A stretch of 64,000 bases of DNA from Candidatus Thorarchaeota archaeon (lineage in GTDB: Archaea; Asgardarchaeota; Thorarchaeia; Thorarchaeales; Thorarchaeaceae). The stretch spans positions 78,373-142,372 of the forward strand of contig JBHLRZ010000004.1 in NCBI GenBank assembly GCA_048882045.1. The letters are read 5' to 3'. Position 1 is the first letter of the stretch, and the number at the start of each line of letters is the position of its first letter. Below the pieces are notes generated by a model, which searched no databases, had not been told where the DNA came from, and was given only the letters and a program-made list of their open reading frames with translations. Positions 1 through 9,049 of the stretch are shown here, one piece after another. A program made the translations under genes and the position numbers.

Positions 1-93
1 GGTGATCGAGCGGGAATATCCATACATGATTAATTTGCTCAAGGTTGGGATTGTTATAATCGTAGGATTAAATATCATTGTTGCACTTATGGG

Positions 94-435
94 ATGGTGA
101 AGAAAATGACAACTGTTACAGCAATATCGAAATTTGGTAGAACAGATTTCATCTATGATCCTAAGAAGTGTAACAGATGTGGATATTGCCTTGAAGTGTG
201 TGCATTCAATGTCTGGGATTTGCCTGAAAAGGGTCCTGCTATAGTTGCTAGACCAGAAGATTGTACAAATTGTACTGCGTGTGCGAAAAATTGCTTAGGT
301 CAAGCAATCACTGTTGTTAACTTGGGTTGTGGTTGTATTTGGAATCAAGCAAGTAAACGGAAGGGTAATTGTCAAGAATCAATTGTCGGACCCCTTCTAG
401 ATGACAATTCATCAAGCTCGTCCTGCTGCGAGTAA
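94..435 (+). CDS. 2[4Fe-4S] ferredoxin-domain protein with Cys-rich C-terminal tail
   Basis: CNRCGYCLEVC and CTNCTACAKNC motifs; extra CGC and terminal SSSCCE. Confidence 0.85.
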   Translation: MVKKMTTVTAISKFGRTDFIYDPKKCNRCGYCLEVCAFNVWDLPEKGPAIVARPEDCTNCTACAKNCLGQAITVVNLGCGCIWNQASKRKGNCQESIVGPLLDDNSSSSSCCE

Positions 436-679
436 TTCAAGTTTCTGAGTTTTATCACTTAGTTTTCCTTACACATCAATAATAATCCACATTTCAATGG
501 AAGCACAATGACTGAAAAGAGGAAACATTACTTCAGAGTCAGAACCATCTGAGTTGATTTTAGGACTATTCTTTCTTAGTGATTTTTATCGAACATTTTA
601 GAACACGTGTTCCAAAATCGCATCATTTTAAGGTGATGCAAGCATCTTTTCATTCCACATTCACTGCAAGGTGTAAGGA

Positions 680-1354
680 ATGACTGATACCCTTGGTTCA
701 AAACTGAAGACAGTTGCTGTCTTCGTCCTCCTCGGATTCCTCATGACGCTGGGGCTGACCGCTACGACCCTCCTCAATCCTGGGGGAGGAAACCTCTACG
801 AAATACGACCGATTGCAAGTGTGATTGCTGATCTTGTTGCAGCCACTCCACAAGATATCAGCATCAAGCTCGCAAGTCTGGTCGTTGACAATTTCTTCAT
901 GATTGGCTATTTAGCAATCTTCTACGGGCTCTATCTCCTCACAAAGGAGCAAGAGGAACTCATGGCAAGGGTTGCATTTCTGCTTGGAAGTCTGACTTTC
1001 ATCTCTGACCTGGTCGAGAATGCATTTCAGGTGGCTCTTCTCACAGGAGTTCCTAAAGGTTGGGTACCAGCAGACAATGTCTTCTCATCATTCTGGACTG
1101 TGATGTTTGTGAAGGACATCTCGAGTTACATGGCTGGGTTTACATTCATAGTACTGCTGTTGCTCTCTCTGAGCAATCCTCCTGAGGCAAGAACTGCAAA
1201 GATTGTCTTCGTAATTCTTCTTGGTCTATACGTCGGACTAGGAGTGATAGCGATAATTAATCCCTCCCTCTTGATACTGAGAAATCTCAGCTTCATGCTT
1301 GACCTATTGGTAGCATCAGTGCTCTTCAGACAACTGTCTGGAAAAGTGGGATGA
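680..1354 (+). CDS. integral membrane protein, unknown function
   Basis: 224 aa, about 6 hydrophobic segments; AAGGTGT SD-like site upstream. Confidence 0.75.
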   Translation: MTDTLGSKLKTVAVFVLLGFLMTLGLTATTLLNPGGGNLYEIRPIASVIADLVAATPQDISIKLASLVVDNFFMIGYLAIFYGLYLLTKEQEELMARVAFLLGSLTFISDLVENAFQVALLTGVPKGWVPADNVFSSFWTVMFVKDISSYMAGFTFIVLLLLSLSNPPEARTAKIVFVILLGLYVGLGVIAIINPSLLILRNLSFMLDLLVASVLFRQLSGKVG

Positions 1355-1369
1355 CGAAAGTCTTATTGT

Positions 1370-1789
1370 TCATTTCGTCTTCCTGACTTCTCGAAGTGAA
1401 ACTACTGCGACTAGATTGACAATCGCAAGTGCAATGAAATAGACGCCATTCAGAAGGTCGACTATTGCTGTGAACCAAAAGATTCCAGCAACTAATGACA
1501 ACAACAAAGTAATGATCGAGACTGATAATGCAGCTGAAACGCCCCAGCTTTCTTTTTGCAAAACTCCTCTGATGACAAGCATCTGTAGGAAGGCAACAAT
1601 CCATAAACCACCCCAGACTATGAACCACATGTACCCGGTTTCCAGTATCAATACTGGCAAGACGATGGTTCCCATAATCAAAATTGCAGAGAGAGCTTGT
1701 GCTAGGAGTGCTCTACCAAGGGGAGTCCTGATTTCGAATGTAGGAGTTTCGTTGGACATAGAATCTTGACCTCCTGACTCGATGCTCAT
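1370..1789 (-). CDS. 4-TM membrane protein, unknown function
   Basis: Four hydrophobic helices and basic C-terminus; start may be ATG at 1759. Confidence 0.7.
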   Translation of the reverse strand: MSIESGGQDSMSNETPTFEIRTPLGRALLAQALSAILIMGTIVLPVLILETGYMWFIVWGGLWIVAFLQMLVIRGVLQKESWGVSAALSVSIITLLLSLVAGIFWFTAIVDLLNGVYFIALAIVNLVAVVSLREVRKTK

Positions 1790-1859
1790 CTGGACTCTTT
1801 AACTTAACCCACTGTGTGGTTCATCGTTAGAGTTATATCCATAGATTGAGGTGGTGCGG

Positions 1860-2007
1860 TAACCTACTTGATTGAAGGCGGGAAAAGAACTCAACGAAAG
1901 AAACGGCAGAAAACTAGTTTCAAAGGTCGCCAATGCGAGACACTCGAGAGTAGAGTATCTTACATCTTTTGCAGACTTTCCGCGTCACTTTAGAGTAGGT
2001 AATCAAT
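1860..2007 (+). promoter_or_regulatory. candidate structured 5' leader RNA of metG
   Basis: Nested stems 1862-1868/1994-2000, 1878-1884/1977-1983, 1906-1911/1967-1972 plus inner hairpins; begins about 25 nt after TTATAT (1833-1838). Confidence 0.45.
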
Positions 2008-2019
2008 ATCCAAAGGAGT

Positions 2020-4083
2020 GTGACTAAACTGAATAATTACCCAACCAAAGATCCAGTGCTTGTGACATGCGGACTTCCATATGCAAGTGGTCGGATGCAT
2101 ATCGGTCACCTCAGGACCTACGTGCCTGCCGACGTGTTTGTCAGACTCCTGAAGAAAATGCAAGTAGATGTCACGTTCGTCTGCGGGTCTGACACCCACG
2201 GTACACCTGTCATTGTGCAAGCTGAGAAAGAGGGTCTCACACCAAAAGAGACCTATCAGAAGTACCACAAGATTCTGAAGGACACCTTCCCTCGACTCAA
2301 CATCTTCTTTGATAACTATGGGCACACAGACAATGAGGAGAACCACAACCGGACCACCCAGATTGTCCAGACTCTCGTTGACAACGGACACATCTACGCG
2401 AAAGAGATTGAGACTCCATACTGCGATACATGTGGTCGGTCTCAACCTGACCGTTTTGTACGTGGCGAGTGTCCCTACTGTGGCACAGATGCCCGTGGAG
2501 ATGAGTGTGATCAAGGCTGTGGACGATACATTGAACCAGGTCTGATACTGAACCCACGATGTGCAGTGTGCGGCAATCCAACCCGACCAATCACTAGGAA
2601 ACACCAGTTCCTTCGACTGAGTGCGTTCGAGGACTTCATTGGTGAGTATCTGCTGACTGTAGACGGTACTAAGAATGCGAGGAACTTCGCTTTAGGCTGG
2701 GTCAAAGAGGGCCTGAGAGACTGGTGTATCACTAGAGATCTCGACTGGGGGATCAAGTTCCCAGGTGATGATTCACTCGTCCTCTACGTATGGGTTGACG
2801 CCCCAATTGGATATATGTCGAGCACAGAGCAGTGGGCGAAGAAGATTGGTAAGCCCAATGAGTGGGAGAAGTACTGGAAACCAGGTAATGGACGACTAGT
2901 ACACTACATTGGTCTGGACATCGTTCAGCATCACTGTATATTCTGGCCTGCTATGCTGAAAGGCAGTGAGTATAACCTTCCCTTTGCAATAGTTGCATCT
3001 GGAATGGTCAAGATTGAGGGACACAACTTCAGCAGAAGTCGCGGCTATGTTGTTTGGGTGGAAGAAGACTATCTTGACAGAGGACTGGATCCAGACTATC
3101 TGAGATACTACGTTGCATCATACACCTCTCAGACTAAGGACCTAGACTTCAGTTGGGATGCCTTCTCTGATAAGGTGAACAACGAACTGGTTGCTACCCT
3201 AGGTAACTTCCTCTATCGGGCGATTCACTTCTCACACAAGCACTTCAAAGAAGTGCCAAAGGGAAAGTTGGATTCAAACCTAGAGAAGGAACTTGAAAGT
3301 GCGATCAGTACAATCACTGATGCTATAAACGAGTACGAGCTGAAGAAGGTCGCTGATGAGGTTCTGAGAATCGCATCCGTTGGCAATGAGTACTTTCAAG
3401 CGCAGCAGCCATGGAAGCTCGTGAAGGAGGACAAGGAGAAGACTGGAGAGGTGTTGTTCAATGCCCTTGCATTGTCCAAGGCTTTGGCAATATTCATAGA
3501 ACCATTCCTCCCATCTGCTGCTGAATCAATCTGGGGACAGCTAGGCTTTGAACCGACCCAAGTTCATGAAACCCTCCTCAAGGATACTCTTGTGGTTCCT
3601 GAGGTAGGGACTAAGCTTGGTAAACCAGTCCCAGTGATTTCCAAGATAGAGGAGGACCAGCTAGCTGAACTCAAACAGATCATTAGCGACCGAGTAGCCA
3701 AAGCTAAGGCTGAGCAAACCGGAGAGGTGGAACTGAAATTGGCACCAATTAAAGACACGATATCATTTGATGACTTTCAGAAGATTGACCTTCGTGCAGG
3801 GAAGATTCTGAAGTGTGAGAAGGTGAAAGGCAAGGACCGACTCCTCAAGATCGAGGTAGACATCGGGACCGAGAAACGCACTATGGCGACCGGACTCGGG
3901 CATCTCTATAAACCTGAGGAACTAGAGGGTCTAACAGCCCTCTTCCTGGTCAATCTTGAACCAAAGAAAATTGGCGGCATCGAGAGTCATGGTATGATTC
4001 TCGCTGTGGAGAGAGCTGACAAGGAAGGGACCTGGATTCCTGTCAAGCTCGAAGATCTTCCACCGGGAAGTAAGGCTGCATAG
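2020..4083 (+). CDS. metG: methionine--tRNA ligase
   Basis: LPYASG..HIGH, GSDTHG, zinc-knuckle CxxC motifs, YVWVDAPIGY, C-terminal tRNA-binding domain (DFQKIDLRAG..NLEPKKIGGIESHGM); GTG start with AAGGAG. Confidence 0.98.
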   Translation: MTKLNNYPTKDPVLVTCGLPYASGRMHIGHLRTYVPADVFVRLLKKMQVDVTFVCGSDTHGTPVIVQAEKEGLTPKETYQKYHKILKDTFPRLNIFFDNYGHTDNEENHNRTTQIVQTLVDNGHIYAKEIETPYCDTCGRSQPDRFVRGECPYCGTDARGDECDQGCGRYIEPGLILNPRCAVCGNPTRPITRKHQFLRLSAFEDFIGEYLLTVDGTKNARNFALGWVKEGLRDWCITRDLDWGIKFPGDDSLVLYVWVDAPIGYMSSTEQWAKKIGKPNEWEKYWKPGNGRLVHYIGLDIVQHHCIFWPAMLKGSEYNLPFAIVASGMVKIEGHNFSRSRGYVVWVEEDYLDRGLDPDYLRYYVASYTSQTKDLDFSWDAFSDKVNNELVATLGNFLYRAIHFSHKHFKEVPKGKLDSNLEKELESAISTITDAINEYELKKVADEVLRIASVGNEYFQAQQPWKLVKEDKEKTGEVLFNALALSKALAIFIEPFLPSAAESIWGQLGFEPTQVHETLLKDTLVVPEVGTKLGKPVPVISKIEEDQLAELKQIISDRVAKAKAEQTGEVELKLAPIKDTISFDDFQKIDLRAGKILKCEKVKGKDRLLKIEVDIGTEKRTMATGLGHLYKPEELEGLTALFLVNLEPKKIGGIESHGMILAVERADKEGTWIPVKLEDLPPGSKAA

Positions 4084-4102
4084 TTATCACTACCATTGAA
4101 GA

Positions 4103-4140
4103 TTTCTGCAGAACCAGTTCTGCAGAAACTCCTTTTCTTT
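4103..4140 (+). terminator. hairpin plus T-tract after metG
   Basis: TTTCTGCAGAAC-CA-GTTCTGCAGAAA followed by CTCCTTTTCTTT, between convergent genes. Confidence 0.6.
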
Positions 4141-4157
4141 CTAGACCATGTACGGGA

Positions 4158-4538
4158 TCACTTAGTCATGTACGAGTACAGGAATAGGATGAAGAACAGC
4201 GCATAAAGTCCTGTGAATGCCCAGCCAACGACTGGAAGTGTCATTGTGAGCATATTCCATAGACTCGCAACCAAACCAAGTAGAGTCAACAGAATCTCAA
4301 GTATGACTAGTATCTCTACACGGTCGAAGGATTCCTCTCTGAAGGCAAGCAGTGAAATAATTGCTAGGGCAATGAACATTGACCCAAAAGATCTGTCCAT
4401 AGCAATCTCCACCGGCCATCCCATAGAACCGAAGAAAACATCTGGAACTACGAATAATGCGACTCCAAAGAATATAGTCACCAAAAAGTGTAGTATCCAT
4501 GTGTATTTCAAAACGATCGATACCATAATTTTACTCAC
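4158..4538 (-). CDS. 4-TM membrane protein
   Basis: 126 aa with four hydrophobic segments. Confidence 0.7.
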   Translation of the reverse strand: MSKIMVSIVLKYTWILHFLVTIFFGVALFVVPDVFFGSMGWPVEIAMDRSFGSMFIALAIISLLAFREESFDRVEILVILEILLTLLGLVASLWNMLTMTLPVVGWAFTGLYALFFILFLYSYMTK

Positions 4539-4656
4539 TCCTCCACATCTGACAACCAGTCAAATGTACATATGAAAGATTAGTATCTTGTATAAATGAT
4601 TGACGATTCTATATTACGGAACTCAGATTGAATTAATACAAACCGAAAGAATAATA

Positions 4657-4670
4657 TTAACAATAGTTAA
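4657..4670. promoter_or_regulatory. palindromic operator candidate TTAAC-AATA-GTTAA (copy 1)
   Basis: Identical 14-mer recurs at 10198-10211; lies 10 bp before ATG 4681. Confidence 0.55.
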
Positions 4671-4680
4671 TTATTCATTT

Positions 4681-5703
4681 ATGAGAAAGACTATACTCGC
4701 ATTTGTGATTTTAATTACAATCTCCCTCATGATGCCAGCAATTGCAGCCCATGTCCCCATATCTGCACAGGATGGAGAATCATTAGAAACTGCGTACTTC
4801 ATTGAGGAACCAACAAAGAGTTGGGTTATCTATTCAGAACTTCGTGAAGCTGGACATCCACAATATTTCGCGTTTGAAATGGATGCTGGAACAAGAATCA
4901 GGATGATGCTTTCGATTCCTGTCACCACTGATCCGACGAGTCTTGACCCTTCTATCGCTCTCATGGGTCCTGGAATTACTAACTCAACCTCGATTCCTAG
5001 TTTTCTTGAGATACCAGAATCCGCAGGTGCGATGATTTTAGAGAGTGAGTTGGCAATCCGTGAGTATGAAGGCTTTACACCAACGAGCTTCTACGCATTG
5101 ATCGATGTGGATATACAGGCTCCAACCACTGGAGAGTACTACTTCGCGGTCTACGACGAAAGTGACGAAGGTTCATTCTCTGTTGCGCTGGGATATGTGG
5201 AATCATTCACGCTTGAAGAATGGCTTCTCGTTCCATTCAGTGTAATGACGATTCATCAGTGGAATGGTCAGAGTTTTCTTTCAATCCTTGCTCCAATGAT
5301 TAGCACACTTGTTCTCGGATTTGGATTACTTTGGACTCGAAGAACTGAACTCAAGGAACTAGACAACGGTGTCAGCTGGGTTGGCGCATTAGGTGCACTC
5401 CTTTTCTTTGGGAGTGGTGTCACCATATTCTATCAAATTGTGCTCTCAGCTCTTTTTGCAGTTAACTTCCAGATAATCATCTCTGCTGTGTTCGGAATGC
5501 TTCCCATCTTGCTAGGTGTGTTTACAATACGGTTGGTACTGACTGAGAATTGGCAAAGCATGAGATCAAAACAGATTCGACTGCTTATACTAGGAATAGT
5601 TTCTCCATTTCTTTGGGCAGGTCTACTTATCGGTCCTTCTTTGGTCATTCTTAGTGCAATCTTTGCTATCATCAAAACACGTAGTGATCTCAGCACAAAT
5701 TAA
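4681..5703 (+). CDS. secreted domain plus multi-TM membrane protein, unknown function
   Basis: Signal peptide MRKTILAFVIL..AIAA followed by HVP; extracellular domain; about 5 C-terminal TM helices; ATG 4681 preferred to TTG 4600. Confidence 0.75.
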   Translation: MRKTILAFVILITISLMMPAIAAHVPISAQDGESLETAYFIEEPTKSWVIYSELREAGHPQYFAFEMDAGTRIRMMLSIPVTTDPTSLDPSIALMGPGITNSTSIPSFLEIPESAGAMILESELAIREYEGFTPTSFYALIDVDIQAPTTGEYYFAVYDESDEGSFSVALGYVESFTLEEWLLVPFSVMTIHQWNGQSFLSILAPMISTLVLGFGLLWTRRTELKELDNGVSWVGALGALLFFGSGVTIFYQIVLSALFAVNFQIIISAVFGMLPILLGVFTIRLVLTENWQSMRSKQIRLLILGIVSPFLWAGLLIGPSLVILSAIFAIIKTRSDLSTN

Positions 5704-5715
5704 ACAATTTCGGCA

Positions 5716-5739
5716 GGAGCCTGACAATCAACAGGCTCC
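5716..5739. terminator. hairpin between convergent genes
   Basis: GGAGCCTG-N8-CAGGCTCC. Confidence 0.5.
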
Positions 5740-5766
5740 AAAACGAAATTTCTACAATAAGAACGC

Positions 5767-6726
5767 CTACTTTAGTCGAAACAATGTCCTTCTCGTCACA
5801 CTCTTTTCATAAATAGATCCATCAATTTCTAGAAGTGTCTGCTGTATTGACTCCTTAATCGTGAGAAGTTTTCGAGGAATAATCTCCCGAATTCTATGTT
5901 CTCGGCATGTTGTTTCTTGACTCAAGCCTTCAATCAGGGGTCGTGCTATCGTTGCTCGAACTGGTGTGACCAGTTCTACCCAGTAACTACTCAAACTTGG
6001 CGTGAGTAATGGAATTGGAAATTCGAACCTTTTCACAAGTCCCGCCTCAAAAGCATAGGTAGTCATCAGATCTTGGTAGGTCGTGACCTCTGGTCCTCCT
6101 ATGTCAAAAGTTTCTCCAAGTGTTTCGGATTTCGTAAGACATCCAACAAGATATTGTATGGTGTCTTCAATCGATATTGGTTGTGTCTTTGTCCTGACCC
6201 ATTCTGGAGTTATCATTACAGGCAACCTGTTGACAAGATAACGCATTATTTCGAATGACGCAGAGCCTGGACCGATGATCATAGCCGCTTGAAAGGTAGT
6301 CACAGGTGTCTTACCGCTACGGAGTATTCTCTCGACTTCCTTTCGTGACCTTAGATGTCTACTTAACCGGTCACTCTCTTCACCTAGTCCCCCAAGGTAA
6401 ATTATTCTCTTGATGTCTTCCTCATCTGCTGCTTTAATTGTGTTCTCAGCAGCTTGTCTATCAAGTTCCTCAAAGCTATTTCCTGAGTACATAGAGTGAA
6501 TCAGATAGTATACAATATCGCATCCGGCCAGTGCCTGCTTTAATTGCTCAATGTCTAGCACATCGACCTTCACAGGATTGACCTTTGGATAATCTTTCCA
6601 AGGTTGTTCATCCAGTTTGCTTTTTGTCCGCCAACCAGCACGTACATTATATCCCTGTTCAATCAATCGCTCAACAAGTCTAGAGCCAACATAGCCTGTT
6701 GAACCCAGGACAAGAACCTTGGACAT
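5767..6726 (-). CDS. NAD(P)-binding atypical SDR/epimerase (YbjT-like)
   Basis: VLVLGSTGYVG Rossmann motif, YYLIHSM, IYLGGLG, SRHLRSR, IIGPGSASFE. Confidence 0.88.
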   Translation of the reverse strand: MSKVLVLGSTGYVGSRLVERLIEQGYNVRAGWRTKSKLDEQPWKDYPKVNPVKVDVLDIEQLKQALAGCDIVYYLIHSMYSGNSFEELDRQAAENTIKAADEEDIKRIIYLGGLGEESDRLSRHLRSRKEVERILRSGKTPVTTFQAAMIIGPGSASFEIMRYLVNRLPVMITPEWVRTKTQPISIEDTIQYLVGCLTKSETLGETFDIGGPEVTTYQDLMTTYAFEAGLVKRFEFPIPLLTPSLSSYWVELVTPVRATIARPLIEGLSQETTCREHRIREIIPRKLLTIKESIQQTLLEIDGSIYEKSVTRRTLFRLK

Positions 6727-6748
6727 TCTATTCCCCCCCAAAATGTAT

Positions 6749-7216
6749 CTATTCATTAACTAGCTTCTGTAGTGCATTTTCAAGTGATGTAGATTTCGTA
6801 TCAGAGATTCCTCCTGACTCTCTCCAATAGATTGTGCCCTCTCTATCAACAAGATAGAGATAGAGAGTGTCCTCTGTGAGTATCTCTAATGCCTTCTTAA
6901 AGGGGGTCTTGTCAATGTACAAAGTCACAGTTCGCGCACGGGTGTCTCGAGAGGGAATACCTCCTCTCATCCCTCCATCAATCATTCTCCTGATGAAGAA
7001 GTTCATCTTTCTTATTGTTGGAAGTTCATAGAAATCAAATTGAGGATTGTTTTCCATGAGATGGACTAAGAATGGCACCCAACTATCAACGAGGCTCTGT
7101 TGCCACATCTGAAAGGGGACGAGTAGGATGTTGTATTCTCCCTTTAATTCAGAAGGGATTCTAATCGTCTTCTTGTTCAGATTGTCACCAACCACATCTG
7201 GAAATTTCGCGATCAT
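6749..7216 (-). CDS. thioredoxin-like-fold protein (ATP10-like)
   Basis: FPxVxGxNL, QQxLVDSW, IDGGMRGGIP, YLVDREGxIxW pattern. Confidence 0.6.
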   Translation of the reverse strand: MIAKFPDVVGDNLNKKTIRIPSELKGEYNILLVPFQMWQQSLVDSWVPFLVHLMENNPQFDFYELPTIRKMNFFIRRMIDGGMRGGIPSRDTRARTVTLYIDKTPFKKALEILTEDTLYLYLVDREGTIYWRESGGISDTKSTSLENALQKLVNE

Positions 7217-7301
7217 TACAGCAACTCATAAATTCACAATTGTTATCAATCTTATCAAAGCACTCAAGTCTGAATTGACGGTGTTTACTTGAGGGAAAAA
7301 T

Positions 7302-7748
7302 ATGAACCTGAATCCAGAAGTAAAGAAACGAATTGACAAAGTATTAGATTCCCAAAAGATAGCTGTCCTTGGAACATCAAAAGACGGTGAACCATATTCA
7401 TGTCTTGTAGGGTTTGCTATGACTGAGGATCTGTCTGAACTGGTCTTTGCAACAATGCGTCAGAGACTCAAATACAAGCAAATGCAAGCAAATCCTAGAG
7501 TCACTCTAATGATCGATGACAGAGATGTTCAAAACAGTGACTTCAATGATACGACCTCTCTCACAATTGTTGGTTCCGCTGAAGATGTGATGGGAAAAGA
7601 TCGTAGTAAATATGCAACAAAACTGCTGGAGCAGCATCCTGTTCTTACGGAATTTGTGCAGTCTCCTGGCTGTGCAGTGATTAGGGTCGCTGTCGATAAG
7701 ATCTATGTTGTGAGTGAGTTTGAGTCTATTGTGAAAGTTAGTGTCTAA
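7302..7748 (+). CDS. pyridoxamine 5'-phosphate oxidase-like FMN-binding protein
   Basis: AVLGT..GEPYSCLV, FAT..RLK, NPRVTLMID. Confidence 0.85.
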   Translation: MNLNPEVKKRIDKVLDSQKIAVLGTSKDGEPYSCLVGFAMTEDLSELVFATMRQRLKYKQMQANPRVTLMIDDRDVQNSDFNDTTSLTIVGSAEDVMGKDRSKYATKLLEQHPVLTEFVQSPGCAVIRVAVDKIYVVSEFESIVKVSV

Positions 7749-7759
7749 TTGGAAAGAAG

Positions 7760-8191
7760 CTAAACAGAATCAATTTCTCTTATCCTATTTCTGACGATAT
7801 CAGGAAGTGTTGTTCTCTCAGAGGTCTTGTAATCATATACAACCATCTTGGATTCACCAATGGCAGCAATCCCCTTAGTTTTACTCTCAATGATATATTC
7901 CATAATGAATTGGGTTGGTTCAACAGAAGTCACACGAGCGCCTACCGTTATTGTATCAGGATAAAACAGGGGTTTGATGAATTTGGCTGAGATACTGCCT
8001 AAAATTGGACCTATGGAATTCTTCTCCATTGATTCAAGGAACCCGGCGCTCTCAAAATATCTTATACGGGCAGTTTCAAAGTATCTGAAGAATTTTGTAT
8101 TGTTTACATGATTAAAGGAGTCCATATCTCCCCACGCAATAGGGATCTCGACTTTGAGGTTGAAATCATCCAATGATGCCACGTACAACAC
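7760..8191 (-). CDS. acyl-CoA thioesterase (4HBT/YbgC hot-dog family)
   Basis: WGDMDSFNHVNNTKFFRYFETAR motif. Confidence 0.92.
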   Translation of the reverse strand: MLYVASLDDFNLKVEIPIAWGDMDSFNHVNNTKFFRYFETARIRYFESAGFLESMEKNSIGPILGSISAKFIKPLFYPDTITVGARVTSVEPTQFIMEYIIESKTKGIAAIGESKMVVYDYKTSERTTLPDIVRNRIREIDSV

Positions 8192-8287
8192 TTCCAGAGC
8201 AATCGAAAATGAATATCTTTGATCTGATAAAAAGGTGAAGATATGCCTTTTATTGGAAGAATGCGAATCCTTTAGTACAAGGAAGTG

Positions 8288-8396
8288 ATAGAAAATCGGT
8301 GTGGGCGTCCGTGAGGAAGCATGGTAAACTGACCTTCCATTAGTTTACCACACCCAATGTCTTCTTACTATCGCCCACCCCTTTTGAAGTCCTATT
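8288..8396 (+). ncRNA. long irregular stem-loop, candidate ncRNA or leader
   Basis: Stems 8301-8307/8372-8378, 8311-8321/8358-8368 (G-U pairs favour + strand), 8322-8330/8342-8350. Confidence 0.4.
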
Positions 8397-8438
8397 CTTT
8401 TAGGTGTGACTACTCGGAAATTCGCGAAGGGAAAAGAG

Positions 8439-8999
8439 ATGTCTAACTCTATCTATCTCCTCAGACATGCGGAAACAAATATTGATCTGTCCAGACCAGC
8501 GAGAAACTGGTCAATCTCTCTTGATGGTAAGGAGAAAGCAAGAGATCTCGCATCGACTGAAGTTTTTGGCACCATAGATGGAATAGTTCATTCGAGCGAG
8601 AAGAAAGCCCGACAGACTGCAGACATATTCGCAGAAAATCTTGATATACAGATGTATGAGTTGTCTGGTCTGGATGAGCTTAAACGTGAACATGTGGGTA
8701 TACTCACTGAGACGGAGTATCGATCACGCGTTCGTAGTACACTCACAAACATGGATGAACCAGTTATTGGATGGGAATCAGGAGCGGCTGCACTCGAGCG
8801 GTTTGAGAATGCAGTTAATCAGATCAATATCATGTTCCATCAGAAGAACATTCTTGTTGTATCTCATGGTATCGTCCTGACTGCATACTTCTGTAAGCTC
8901 AAGAACTTCCAAGCGATTGCATATGAACGCTGGAATCAACTGAAGTTCCTAAACTGGGGTATGGTGCGTGATGATCGTGTCCTGATTGACATCGTATAG
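8439..8999 (+). CDS. histidine phosphatase superfamily protein
   Basis: IYLLRHAET, SS..KARQTA, LVVSHG. Confidence 0.88.
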   Translation: MSNSIYLLRHAETNIDLSRPARNWSISLDGKEKARDLASTEVFGTIDGIVHSSEKKARQTADIFAENLDIQMYELSGLDELKREHVGILTETEYRSRVRSTLTNMDEPVIGWESGAAALERFENAVNQINIMFHQKNILVVSHGIVLTAYFCKLKNFQAIAYERWNQLKFLNWGMVRDDRVLIDIV

Positions 9000-9049
9000 T
9001 CACCCAACCTTTTTCTATAGTATTGCATTGCATGGTCCAGTGATGTGAC

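Noticed and set aside
1845-1865. GAGGTGGTGCGG as a T-box sequence upstream of metG
   Set aside because: Lacks UGGNACC, has no antiterminator, and lies at or before the inferred transcription start.
8305-8325. GTCC-GTGA-GGAAGCA resembles SRP RNA helix 8
   Set aside because: The required 5' CAGG strand is absent (GGCG), and the spacer is too short for a ~300-nt archaeal SRP RNA.
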